64,000 nt of DNA. Source: Ignavibacteriales bacterium (lineage in GTDB: Bacteria > Bacillota_I > Bacilli_A > RF39 > UBA660). The notes beneath the pieces were generated by a model. It saw only the letters and a list, made by a program, of their open reading frames with translations, searched no databases and was not told where the DNA came from. Location of the stretch: positions 86,640-150,639 of the forward strand of contig JBLNAG010000001.1 in NCBI GenBank assembly GCA_050259235.1. Reading direction: 5' to 3'. Numbering within the stretch: position 1 is the first letter of the stretch; each line of letters begins with the position of its first letter. Of the stretch, positions 18,814-28,399 are shown in pieces. A program made the translations under genes and the position numbers.

Positions 18814-20061
18814 TTAATATATTAATGTTTTTAGATAATCGACATCATCATCACGTACAACTGTATATCTTGGAATCAATAATTTATTAACGCCTTGTAC
18901 TGCCTTACGATATCCTCCTATAAATGCTAATTTAAACCCAGCTTCTTTTAATACCGAAACTGCATAGTCATTATATTCATAAAAAGGATAACAAAATACT
19001 TTACTATTATTTAATATTTCACTACTAGTTTTTAAATCAGCAAGTAACATTTCTTTTGGAAGACATTTTATTCCCCCACCTTGACCTCCAGGACATACAC
19101 CTTGTTTATGAAGATTATTTCCATGAGAATGTAATTCTAAATAATCTGATTTATATATTTCAGGACTATATGAACTAGTAATTAAAAACAATGTAGCATT
19201 AATTTTATATTTTTCTAATATTGGTATAGCTCTAACACCAAGATACCCATCATCAATGGTAATAGAAACACTATTAGTTGGTATTCTAATTTTGCCATCT
19301 AAAAATAAATCCATTTCCTCCATAGTTAATGAAAGAAAGTTATTATCCGCAAAAAACTTTATATGTGAATCAAATTGACTCTCTGTGTGACATATTTCTG
19401 AAGTACAGGTTTCGACATTTGGATCATATATAGCGTGATAAGTTAATATGGCAATATTGTTTCTTGAATTATCTATAGTATTTTGAGTAGTAACTACTTC
19501 TTTAACATCACTTTTTAATACATAATATAATTCATTATTTAATTCAACATAATATTTATCAGTATCTTTGATAATAATCGGTAAATTATATGATTTGTTA
19601 ATAGTTAAAACTAAATTATTATCATTATAAAAATTAGTAATATTATTAGTAACAATATTCTCATTAAATAATATATATTTCTTGTATCTAGTATTCTTTT
19701 CACTAGGATTTTCAATTTTATCGACATCTTGATATTTAACATAATAATTTAATTCATCAATTAAAAAGTATTCTGTTTCATAAGTAATATTTATATTGCT
19801 TAATTTTAATTCATAGCCTTGATCAATACTACCGATTTGTTTATATTGTTCATCATATAGGTTTGTCTTTTTATTTGTAATAACAAAATTTCCATAATGT
19901 TTATTGATATCATCTACTTTATTTTGTCTTTCTTTTTCTATTTTTTCTTGCTTAGCAATTTCTTCTTTTTTATTTTGTTGATCAATTATGTAAGTAATGG
20001 TAAGTATACTTATTAATAATAGAATAATACTTAAAAAAATAAATACTACTTTCTTTTTCAT
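18814..20061 (-). CDS. Polysaccharide deacetylase (NodB homology/CE4) with N-terminal TM anchor
   Basis: SITIDDGYLGV...NATLFLI and HSHGNNLH motifs of the CE4 family; N-terminal TM helix and Lys/Glu-rich linker. Confidence 0.75.
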   Translation of the reverse strand: MKKKVVFIFLSIILLLISILTITYIIDQQNKKEEIAKQEKIEKERQNKVDDINKHYGNFVITNKKTNLYDEQYKQIGSIDQGYELKLSNINITYETEYFLIDELNYYVKYQDVDKIENPSEKNTRYKKYILFNENIVTNNITNFYNDNNLVLTINKSYNLPIIIKDTDKYYVELNNELYYVLKSDVKEVVTTQNTIDNSRNNIAILTYHAIYDPNVETCTSEICHTESQFDSHIKFFADNNFLSLTMEEMDLFLDGKIRIPTNSVSITIDDGYLGVRAIPILEKYKINATLFLITSSYSPEIYKSDYLELHSHGNNLHKQGVCPGGQGGGIKCLPKEMLLADLKTSSEILNNSKVFCYPFYEYNDYAVSVLKEAGFKLAFIGGYRKAVQGVNKLLIPRYTVVRDDDVDYLKTLIY

Positions 20062-20149
20062 TTTTTACCTCCAAATTATACAATAATATATCTAAATTAC
20101 TACTATGATATTATATCATAAAAAAACACAAGTTATTGTGTTTTTTATA

Positions 20150-21244
20150 TTATTTAAACTTTTCAATTATTGCATCAGCAATACGCTTACTAGCATGACC
20201 ATCACCATATGGATTACTAGCATGACTCATTATTTCATACACCTTTTTATCAGTTAATAATTCTTTAGTTAATTTGTAAATGTTTTCTTCATTAGTACCA
20301 GCTAATTTTAATGTGCCAGCACCTATTCCTTCCGGTCTTTCAGTAGTATCCCTTAATACTAAAACTGGTTTTCCTAATGATGGAGCTTCTTCTTGAATTC
20401 CACCACTATCAGTTAAAATAATGTATGATTTATTGATAAAATTATGAAAATCAACTACTTCTAGAGGTTCAATCATTTTTACTCTATCAGTTTCTCCTAA
20501 TACTTCATTTGCAATTTCTCTTACTTTTGGATTCATATGAATTGGATAAATAACTTTAACATCATCAAATTCTTCTACAATTCTTTTAATTGCTCCAAAA
20601 ATATGATACATTGGTTCACCCAAGTTTTCTCTTCGATGAGCAGTAAGTAATATCATACGTGATTTTCCTACCCACTCAAATATTTCATGGTAATAATTTT
20701 CTTTAACTGTAGTAGCCATAGCATCAATTGCAGTATTACCAGTAATATAAATATTTCCCCTACCTTCATTTTTTAAGTTACTTGCACTTAATTCAGTAGG
20801 ACAGAAATTCATATCTGACACACAACTTACCATTTGACGATTCATTTCTTCAGGATATGGTGAATATTTATCAAATGTTCTAAGTCCTGCTTCAACATGC
20901 CCAATTGCAACTTGATTATAGAAAGCTGCTAAAGCCCCTACAAAAGTAGTTGTAGTATCACCATGTACTAATACTATATTAGGTTTTACTTCTTTAATAA
21001 CACTTTCTAATCCAGTTAAAGCTCTAGTTGTAATATCTCCTAATGTTTGTCCTTGTTGCATAATATTTAAATCATAATCAGGTACTATCTCAAATGTATT
21101 TAATACTTGATCTAACATTTGTCTATGTTGTGCTGTAACGCAAACAATCGTTTCAATTTCTTTTCTTGTTTTTAATTCTTTAACTAACGGTGCCATTTTA
21201 ATTGCTTCAGGTCTTGTCCCAAATATTGTCATAACTTTTATCAT
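20150..21244 (-). CDS. mnaA: UDP-N-acetylglucosamine 2-epimerase (non-hydrolysing), MnaA/WecB
   Basis: MIKVMTIFGTRPEAIKMAPL N-terminus and conserved HVEAGLRT and DSGGIQEEAP motifs. Confidence 0.9.
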   Translation of the reverse strand: MIKVMTIFGTRPEAIKMAPLVKELKTRKEIETIVCVTAQHRQMLDQVLNTFEIVPDYDLNIMQQGQTLGDITTRALTGLESVIKEVKPNIVLVHGDTTTTFVGALAAFYNQVAIGHVEAGLRTFDKYSPYPEEMNRQMVSCVSDMNFCPTELSASNLKNEGRGNIYITGNTAIDAMATTVKENYYHEIFEWVGKSRMILLTAHRRENLGEPMYHIFGAIKRIVEEFDDVKVIYPIHMNPKVREIANEVLGETDRVKMIEPLEVVDFHNFINKSYIILTDSGGIQEEAPSLGKPVLVLRDTTERPEGIGAGTLKLAGTNEENIYKLTKELLTDKKVYEIMSHASNPYGDGHASKRIADAIIEKFK

Positions 21245-21257
21245 AATAAATCTCCCA

Positions 21258-21971
21258 TCACTTCGTCATTTTTTTAACTTTTAAAATAAATTTAATATTG
21301 TTATTATAAAATCTTTTAATTCTCTTTGGTTCCATACAAATTCGATATAACCATTCTAAATTTAATTTGATAAATATTTTAGGGGCTCTTTTTTTTATAC
21401 CACTAAGTACATCTAGTGAACCACCTACTCCAACGAAAATACCTTTTTTAAAATTATCCAGATGTTTATATATTAACTTTTCTTGATTTCCCATTCCAAG
21501 CGCTACTAAAACTATATCTGGTTTAGCTTTAATTATTTCTTCAAAGTCTTTATCTTTATTTTTACTATATCCGTTTAAAGTAACTGCAACTTTTAAATTA
21601 GGATACTTACGTTTAAAAACTACTTTCAAAGCATCTATAACTTCTTGTTTGGAACCTAATATGCATATAGTTTTTTCTAATTCATTGCCGTATTCTAATA
21701 GTTTTTCAGCTATATCAACACCTGTTATACGTTCTTTAATATCATATCCTAGCATTTTAGTAGCTTTAACTATTCCTACACCGTCAGGTACCATAATTGT
21801 ATTATCATCAAGTAATAATCTATTAAATTCAATATCATTATTTGCAATCATCATTGTTTCTGGATTAGCAGTAACAATAAACTTCTTTTTTTCTTGAATC
21901 AATGCTTTCTTTAAATCTTGATAGAAAGATGTAGCATTTTTTTTATATAATTTTTTAAACAACTTCTTCAT
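21258..21971 (-). CDS. tagA: WecG/TagA/CpsF family (GT26) N-acetylmannosaminyltransferase
   Basis: 237 aa; LLLDDNTIMVPDGVGIV and LGSKQEV motifs of GT26; adjacent to mnaA as in wall teichoic acid linkage-unit loci. Confidence 0.8.
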   Translation of the reverse strand: MKKLFKKLYKKNATSFYQDLKKALIQEKKKFIVTANPETMMIANNDIEFNRLLLDDNTIMVPDGVGIVKATKMLGYDIKERITGVDIAEKLLEYGNELEKTICILGSKQEVIDALKVVFKRKYPNLKVAVTLNGYSKNKDKDFEEIIKAKPDIVLVALGMGNQEKLIYKHLDNFKKGIFVGVGGSLDVLSGIKKRAPKIFIKLNLEWLYRICMEPKRIKRFYNNNIKFILKVKKMTK

Positions 21972-23275
21972 TATTTATTCTCACTTTCACTAAGTAATTT
22001 CACAATTGCTTTTGCTTTTTCTTTCCAATCATTTTCTTTAGCTTCTTTATCTAATAATTTTAAATATTTTTTATCATTTTTCATTTTTAGAGCTTTATCA
22101 ATATTTTCAATAAACTCTTGATGATTTTTTCCAATAAAAACAGATTCATATTTACGACATTCATTCATATCTGTTGTTACAATAGGCTTTTTTAAAGCCA
22201 TGTATTCAAATATTTTAACTGGAGAAGTTGCTTTAGTTATATCATTTATTAAAAATGGAATTGTTAAAACATCTATTTTATTAGCATAATTCTTTAACAC
22301 TTTATAGTCTCTAGAGCCTAAAAAATATACATTTTTACAATCTTTAATATTATTTTTATCAAATGAATCATCATACTTAATTCCAAATATAACTATATTA
22401 TATTTATTAGTTTCATCTAATTTCTTTAATAAATCATAATCAAACCACTTAGCTAATGCACCATAATATCCAATTAAAGGTTTTGAATCATCTATTAATT
22501 TCTTAAATTCTTTTTCAAATTTAAACTTCTTATCGATTGTTTGAAAATGACCATAATCAACACCATTAGAAGAAAATGCTAATTTAACATCTCCTCTTTT
22601 AGATATGACATCATTTTGTAACATATCTGCAGTAACTACTACAAATACATTTTCAGTATCAACCATTGCATATTCATATTTTTCTTTAACATTTACAGGT
22701 AATTCTTTAGTACCAGCAAGTAAAGGACTTAAATCATCAATATATTCATAAATAATCTTATAACCCTTATCTATATATTCATTAATTGTTTTCAAATTTA
22801 ATACCCAATCTGTAGAATAGAATTGGAGATATTTAGGCTTTAAATTACTATCAATTCTTTTCATTAATAATTTAGAAAAATTTTTATTTTTAAAATTGAC
22901 TAAATATAAATTATTTTGAACTTTTTGAATAGTATTAACCTTATCTGTCATCGTAGTTACTTCATAAAAAACTAAACATTTTTGCTTTGATAAGTTATTT
23001 GAAATGTGTTGTGGTCTTTGAAATAAAGGTACATTCCAGCCAAAAGAACTTCGCCAAATAATAATTCGATCATATTTTTCTTTCTTTATTATTTCATCTA
23101 TATATTTAATATATTGTTTCTTGTTTTTTATAAAATCAATTTTTGAACCTAAATTCAAAACATGAGAGAACTCAGCATATATATATTTTATAGCTTTTTT
23201 CATAAATCCTAATAATCCATCTTTTTTTAAAATTGATTTTAATTTTGATATCTTATCTTGCATACTACACCTCAC
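21971..23275 (-). CDS. GT-B fold glycosyltransferase (GT1/GT4-like, TuaH-like)
   Basis: C-terminal SPVKIFEYMALKKPIVTTDMNE fits the GT4 EX7E nucleotide-sugar-binding motif. Tandem paralog of the next gene. Confidence 0.55.
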   Translation of the reverse strand: MRCSMQDKISKLKSILKKDGLLGFMKKAIKYIYAEFSHVLNLGSKIDFIKNKKQYIKYIDEIIKKEKYDRIIIWRSSFGWNVPLFQRPQHISNNLSKQKCLVFYEVTTMTDKVNTIQKVQNNLYLVNFKNKNFSKLLMKRIDSNLKPKYLQFYSTDWVLNLKTINEYIDKGYKIIYEYIDDLSPLLAGTKELPVNVKEKYEYAMVDTENVFVVVTADMLQNDVISKRGDVKLAFSSNGVDYGHFQTIDKKFKFEKEFKKLIDDSKPLIGYYGALAKWFDYDLLKKLDETNKYNIVIFGIKYDDSFDKNNIKDCKNVYFLGSRDYKVLKNYANKIDVLTIPFLINDITKATSPVKIFEYMALKKPIVTTDMNECRKYESVFIGKNHQEFIENIDKALKMKNDKKYLKLLDKEAKENDWKEKAKAIVKLLSESENK

Positions 23276-24467
23276 TAATAAAATTAATTATTTCGTTACA
23301 CTTACTAGACCAAGTATTATTTAGTGCATCTTTTCTCAACAACTCTATATAATTTTTGTCTTTAGCAAGTCCAATTGCTTTATCTAAATTTTCAATAAAC
23401 TCTTGATGATCTTTAGATATTAATATTGATTTATATTTATGACATTCCGGCAAATTTGTGGTAACAATAGGCTTTTCACTTGCCATATATTCAAATAATT
23501 TTACCGGTGAAGTAGATAATGTTATTTCATTAATGATAAATGGAATAATACATACATCAAAGTAACTTGAATATATAGGAAGTTCATCATAATCTTTTTT
23601 ACCTAAATAATAAACGTTTTCCAAATTCAAAATGTCACTTTCTTCTAACGAATCATCATATTTTAAACCAATTAAAACAATTTCATATTTATTAGTATCG
23701 GACATTTTTTTTATAAGATCATAATCAAACCAACTAGCTAACGCTCCATAATAACCAATAATTGGTTTATTACTGTTTTTAATTTTTGCTATTTCATTTG
23801 GTATTTTATATTCTTTCTTTTTAAAATGTTCATAATCACACCCATTAGTAATAAGTTTTACTCTGGCATTTTTATTTGAATTTAAAACATTATTATATAG
23901 TTTATTTGCAGTACATATAATATAATTCCTATTGTTCATTACTATATTGTTAAAGTTTTCAAATAATTTTTGAGTGGTTTTTTTACCACATAATTTTTCA
24001 TCTATATCATCAACGTATTCATAAATTAATTTAAACTTATGGTTTTTGTATATATTTATAGTTTTTTCACTTATATAATTAGTTGAATATATCATTAAAA
24101 ATTTATCTGAAAATTTTCTCAAATATTTTAAAATTTTATTTCTATATATATCCATATTAATTAAAATTAGATTATCTTTTATTTCTTTATATTGATATTT
24201 GTTATCATATTTATCACGATTCGAATGATAAATAAATAGAATATTATCATCAAAATTTGAAGCAATTTGTTGTGGCCTTTGCTTCATAATACCATTCCAG
24301 CCAAAATTGTTTTCAAAAATAACTATTGTTTCATATTTATGAACGTTAATTTTTTCTAAAATTTCCTTTATCTTTTTATCTTTCTTCATTGTAATATACG
24401 GTTTAATCATAATTAAAGATTTATTAATTATTTTGCTAATTTTTTTCATTATTACACCCCATACCAT
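23265..24467 (-). CDS. GT-B fold glycosyltransferase (GT1/GT4-like), paralog of 21971..23275
   Basis: SPVKLFEYMASEKPIVTTNLPE motif; collinear similarity to the adjacent gene (GYYGALA(K/S)WFDYDL, IPF(L/I)INEIT, HQEFIEN(I/L)DKA). Confidence 0.55.
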   Translation of the reverse strand: MVWGVIMKKISKIINKSLIMIKPYITMKKDKKIKEILEKINVHKYETIVIFENNFGWNGIMKQRPQQIASNFDDNILFIYHSNRDKYDNKYQYKEIKDNLILINMDIYRNKILKYLRKFSDKFLMIYSTNYISEKTINIYKNHKFKLIYEYVDDIDEKLCGKKTTQKLFENFNNIVMNNRNYIICTANKLYNNVLNSNKNARVKLITNGCDYEHFKKKEYKIPNEIAKIKNSNKPIIGYYGALASWFDYDLIKKMSDTNKYEIVLIGLKYDDSLEESDILNLENVYYLGKKDYDELPIYSSYFDVCIIPFIINEITLSTSPVKLFEYMASEKPIVTTNLPECHKYKSILISKDHQEFIENLDKAIGLAKDKNYIELLRKDALNNTWSSKCNEIINFISEV

Positions 24468-24532
24468 TTTATATATATTATATCATATATTATATATAAA
24501 ATAAAAGAAAGATAAATTTATATTTCTTTCTT

Positions 24533-27016
24533 TTATTTTAATAACTTATTTATTAATCTTGATATTTTCGGATGGTTTTTAAATTTGAAAGATACAATAT
24601 TTTTTAAGGTTGTACGATCATTTCTATATAAATAAATAAATTTTTTAATTTGTTTAATCGGTATAATACCCCTTTTTGTATAAGAAGTACTATCTTCCTT
24701 AACTATCTCATATAATTTCTCATTATATGTATGGATTATTTTTTGGACATCTAAATTGTCGTATTCTATTTTCATACCTTTATCTACAACAACATTATTA
24801 TTTATATACAATTTGTCATAATTTTTCTTATTATTGCCATATAGTGTTTTTGTTAGATTATTCAATTTGTCACTTATTAATTTTGATTGCTTTTCATTAA
24901 AATTGGTTTTTGATGTAAAGAAATCAGACACATCTTTAAAATTATCATCTCGTTGGTAAATTTCTTCATATAATTCAACTATTTTTTTGTTATAAATATT
25001 TACATCATAATGTTTTTCTGCTAGTTTACGAGCTAATTTTCCTCTTTTGATTCTTTCATTTTCATTTTCAATAAGTAATAATATTGCATTTGATAATGCA
25101 AGCGAATTTTTATTTTCAACTAGAACTCCGCATTCTGGAGCAAATGTAATTGAAGGTAGAGATGTATTATTAAAAACAATCACTGGTCTACCACAAGCCA
25201 TAGATTCTATTGCCATCATTCCAAAACTTTCACCAATTGATGGCATTAAAAAGAAATCACACGCCCTATATGCACTAATTAGTGTATCAGTATCAATTTC
25301 TCCTAAATCAATAATATTAAATTTGTTTTTTATTTCATTCAATAGTCCAACTTCATCACACGTAATTATCGTTATTTTTTTATTTGTTACCAATTTTTTC
25401 ATTGCTTCAAGAATATATTCAGTGCCTTTAAAATGCTTTTGTGCCCTATGAAAAATGACAATATCACTTTCATCAATATTAAATTTCTTTCTTGCAATAG
25501 CACTTGACATTTTTTCATTAAACTTATCTAGGTCGATACCAAATGGTATTAAGTGAACATTTTTAAAGTTTTTTGTTAAAGGACTAGTTTTAATTAGATT
25601 TAGCATATATTCAGAAGATACAACTATATCTACATTAATATTATCATATACTAATTTTTTTAAGTTCCATAATTGATTACAGTTATCCTCATTTAAAGGG
25701 AAAAGAGTCTTTAAATGATTACAATTTTTACAACCACTTTTCCATTTATCACATTCACCAAAATGAACACATCTACCAGTTATGGTCCAAGGATCGTGAA
25801 TACTAAAAACTGATTTCTTTTTATTGCATAATTCAATTAAAGAATATAAAGATAATTTTGTATTATGTATCAAATGATAATGAGCAATATCACTATTATT
25901 AAATAAAAAATTTCTCTTTAATGCAGGAGAAGTTAATGACAAATTGGAATGTACGGACATTTTGTCTGATTCGAATGTTGAAATGTACTGTTCATATTGT
26001 TTTTCATAATTATTCAAAAGAATTTTGACATTATCATCATTCGAAATCTTGTCTGTTACTAATTGTATACATTTGTGTTTTGTATTATTATTTATATATT
26101 TTTGGATATCATATCCATTAAAACGACGACCAAGAATATCAATATTATTAATCTCTAATATTTTTATTACGTTATTATTTTTATATATTTCATTCAATTT
26201 ATTTTGGCAATGAGTTAAAGCTTCAAAATATGGTGTTGAACTTAAAAATTCAATCATAGTTTCATAATATTTATCAATACCCATGCATAATTCGATTTTT
26301 TGTTGATCTGAAAAATTCTCAACTAATTTTATCCAAAATGTGTTTCCCTCACTAGCAACTTTCGGATTTATATTGGTTTGTTGATTCTTATGTAAACGTG
26401 TAGTTGCTAGAACATCTTCCATATGAATAAATGGATATTTTTTGATCATTTCTAGCCATTTTTCATAATCTTGAGTACATCTTAAATTTTCATCAAATAA
26501 GCCACAAGTATCAAATGCAATTTTAGGTATTAGAAGTGTGATACCATTAATACACCCATTTAGTAAACAAAATTCTGGATGTTCAAGTAATAACTTATGA
26601 TCATGAATTACTGGTTCTGCAAATTTTCTTCCTCTAGCATTGATAAAATCATAATTTGAATATAATATTACATTTTTATTTTTTTCATTATTTAAAAATT
26701 CAATTTGTTTTTCAATTTTATTTTTGTAATAAACATCATCATGACTTAACCATGAAAAATAATCACCTGTCATATTTTTTATCGCTAGATTCAATGCAGA
26801 AGAAACACCGCCGTTTGATTTTGAAAAATATCTGATTTTTTTCCCATAAGATTGCGCAATTTTATCGGTTTTCCCAGAATCATTTGAGCCATCATTTACA
26901 ACAATTATTTCAATATTTTTATATGTTTGACTTATTGCACTATCAATGGCTTTTTTCATATATTTACTACCATTATATACAGGTATTACGATTGTTACTT
27001 TGGGATTAAATTTCAC
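24533..27016 (-). CDS. Bifunctional glycosyltransferase: N-terminal GT2 plus C-terminal GT4 with Cys-rich linker
   Basis: N-terminus VTIVIPVYNGSKYMKKAIDSAISQTYKNIEIIVVNDGSNDSG (GT2, DXD). C-terminus GESFGMMAIESMACGRPVIV (GT4 EX7E). Linker CVHFGECDKWKSGCKNCNHLK. Confidence 0.75.
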   Translation of the reverse strand: MKFNPKVTIVIPVYNGSKYMKKAIDSAISQTYKNIEIIVVNDGSNDSGKTDKIAQSYGKKIRYFSKSNGGVSSALNLAIKNMTGDYFSWLSHDDVYYKNKIEKQIEFLNNEKNKNVILYSNYDFINARGRKFAEPVIHDHKLLLEHPEFCLLNGCINGITLLIPKIAFDTCGLFDENLRCTQDYEKWLEMIKKYPFIHMEDVLATTRLHKNQQTNINPKVASEGNTFWIKLVENFSDQQKIELCMGIDKYYETMIEFLSSTPYFEALTHCQNKLNEIYKNNNVIKILEINNIDILGRRFNGYDIQKYINNNTKHKCIQLVTDKISNDDNVKILLNNYEKQYEQYISTFESDKMSVHSNLSLTSPALKRNFLFNNSDIAHYHLIHNTKLSLYSLIELCNKKKSVFSIHDPWTITGRCVHFGECDKWKSGCKNCNHLKTLFPLNEDNCNQLWNLKKLVYDNINVDIVVSSEYMLNLIKTSPLTKNFKNVHLIPFGIDLDKFNEKMSSAIARKKFNIDESDIVIFHRAQKHFKGTEYILEAMKKLVTNKKITIITCDEVGLLNEIKNKFNIIDLGEIDTDTLISAYRACDFFLMPSIGESFGMMAIESMACGRPVIVFNNTSLPSITFAPECGVLVENKNSLALSNAILLLIENENERIKRGKLARKLAEKHYDVNIYNKKIVELYEEIYQRDDNFKDVSDFFTSKTNFNEKQSKLISDKLNNLTKTLYGNNKKNYDKLYINNNVVVDKGMKIEYDNLDVQKIIHTYNEKLYEIVKEDSTSYTKRGIIPIKQIKKFIYLYRNDRTTLKNIVSFKFKNHPKISRLINKLLK

Positions 27017-27066
27017 TATAAATCACGTCTCTCTCATACATTCTTATTTACTTTTATGCCTAAAAA

Positions 27067-28188
27067 CTATTTTCTCCAAGTTCTAATATTAATAATATTG
27101 TAATAGCTTTGTATAATATTTACTACCTTATTTGAAACATTAATATCTCTATAATCTTTTACAGGATTTGCTCTATTTATATCAAAACTGTTTACTGCTA
27201 TTTCAATTGCACTAATCATATCCTTTTCATTTATTCCGCCAAGTACAATACTTCCAGCGTCTAATGCTTCTGGCCTTTCAGTACTAGTACGTAAAGAAAT
27301 AGCTGGGAAATTTAATATTGAAGACTCTTCAGGGATGGTACCACTATCTGATAATACACAGAAAGCATTTTTTTGTAATGTAATATAATCAAAGAAACCA
27401 AGAGGTTCTAAAATTTTTATTAATGGATTTAGTTTAATTCCTTTAGCCAACATTTTTTTTGATGTTCTTGGATGAGCAGAAAAAATTATTGTTTTTTTGT
27501 ATTTTTCTGCTACTGCATTTAATCCATTCATTAATTCATTGAAGTTTTTTTCAATATCAATATTTTCTTCACGATGAGCGCTAACTACAAAATAATCTTT
27601 TTCATTTAAGTTTAATTTTTTAAGAACTTCACTCTTATTTATAAAATCAATATTTTTATATATTACTTCTGCCATTGGTGAACCAGTAACATATAGAAAA
27701 TCGTTTTTTATTCCCTCATTAATTAAGTATCTTCTTGCATTTTCAGTGTATGCTAAATTAACATCTGAAATATGATCAACGACTCTACGATTGATCTCTT
27801 CAGGTACATTAAAATCGAAGCATCTATTTCCTGCTTCCATATGAAAAATAGGAACTTTATGTCTCTTTGCAGAATATGCAGATAAACAACTATTAGTATC
27901 CCCTAAAACTAGAAGAGCATCTGGTTTTTCTTTCTCAATGACATCGTATGTCTTAGAAATTATATTTCCAACTGTTTCACCTAAATTTTTACCTGGGGTA
28001 TCAAGATAATAATCTGGCTTTTTTAATTTAAACTCTTCAAAAAATATATCATTTAATGTATAGTCATAATTTTGTCCGGTATGAACTAAAACTAAATTAA
28101 AATGCTTTTCAATCTTTTTAATTACCTCTGATAAACGTATTATTTCTGGTCTAGTACCTACTACAACCATTACTTTTAATTTTTCCAT
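27067..28188 (-). CDS. fnlC: UDP-2-acetamido-2,6-dideoxy-L-talose 2-epimerase (Cap5G/FnlC-like UDP-GlcNAc 2-epimerase family)
   Basis: MEKLKVMVVVGTRPEIIRLSEVIKK...VLVHTGQNYDYTLNDIFFEEFKLKKPDYYL closely matches S. aureus Cap5G / FnlC. Confidence 0.8.
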   Translation of the reverse strand: MEKLKVMVVVGTRPEIIRLSEVIKKIEKHFNLVLVHTGQNYDYTLNDIFFEEFKLKKPDYYLDTPGKNLGETVGNIISKTYDVIEKEKPDALLVLGDTNSCLSAYSAKRHKVPIFHMEAGNRCFDFNVPEEINRRVVDHISDVNLAYTENARRYLINEGIKNDFLYVTGSPMAEVIYKNIDFINKSEVLKKLNLNEKDYFVVSAHREENIDIEKNFNELMNGLNAVAEKYKKTIIFSAHPRTSKKMLAKGIKLNPLIKILEPLGFFDYITLQKNAFCVLSDSGTIPEESSILNFPAISLRTSTERPEALDAGSIVLGGINEKDMISAIEIAVNSFDINRANPVKDYRDINVSNKVVNIIQSYYNIINIRTWRK

Positions 28189-28318
28189 TATTCTACTCCT
28201 TTACAAAAATAATAATTTTTTATATCGATTTCTGATATCTTTATAGTTAATAATCAGATATATTAAATTTTACTTTTCTATTTAATTATACATTATATTT
28301 TTTTAATTTGAAATATAT

Positions 28319-28358
28319 TTGTTCATCAAAAATACTTTTTATATTTTTTGATGAACAA
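28319..28358. repeat. Perfect 14-bp inverted repeat TTGTTCATCAAAAA...TTTTTGATGAACAA immediately downstream of the 626-aa membrane-protein gene
   Basis: Seen directly in the sequence; probably a terminator hairpin or a protein-binding site. Confidence 0.5.
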
Positions 28359-28399
28359 TCTATATTAACATTATTTTGCCAATAGTTAATCATATAATA

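Noticed and set aside
21971-24467. Calling the tandem 434/400-aa enzymes TagB/TagF CDP-glycerol glycerophosphotransferases because of the WTA context
   Set aside because: The C-terminal motif SPVK(I/L)FEYMA..KPIVTT fits the GT4 EX7E signature, not the TagF-family active-site motifs. They are called generic GT-B glycosyltransferases.
25047-25451. 134-aa plus-strand ORF and many other 60-130-aa ORFs antisense to long genes (e.g. 4057..4251, 6091..6372, 15257..15731, 17520..17813, 21649..21897, 29322..29582, 33277..33501, 36824..37186, 40341..40625, 52039..52401, 57893..58084, 59645..59833, 60278..60487, 61842..62330, 62383..62610)
   Set aside because: These are shadow ORFs generated by AT-rich codon bias on the opposite strand of well-supported genes. 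They have no RBS, low-complexity translations, and are fully nested in confident CDSs.
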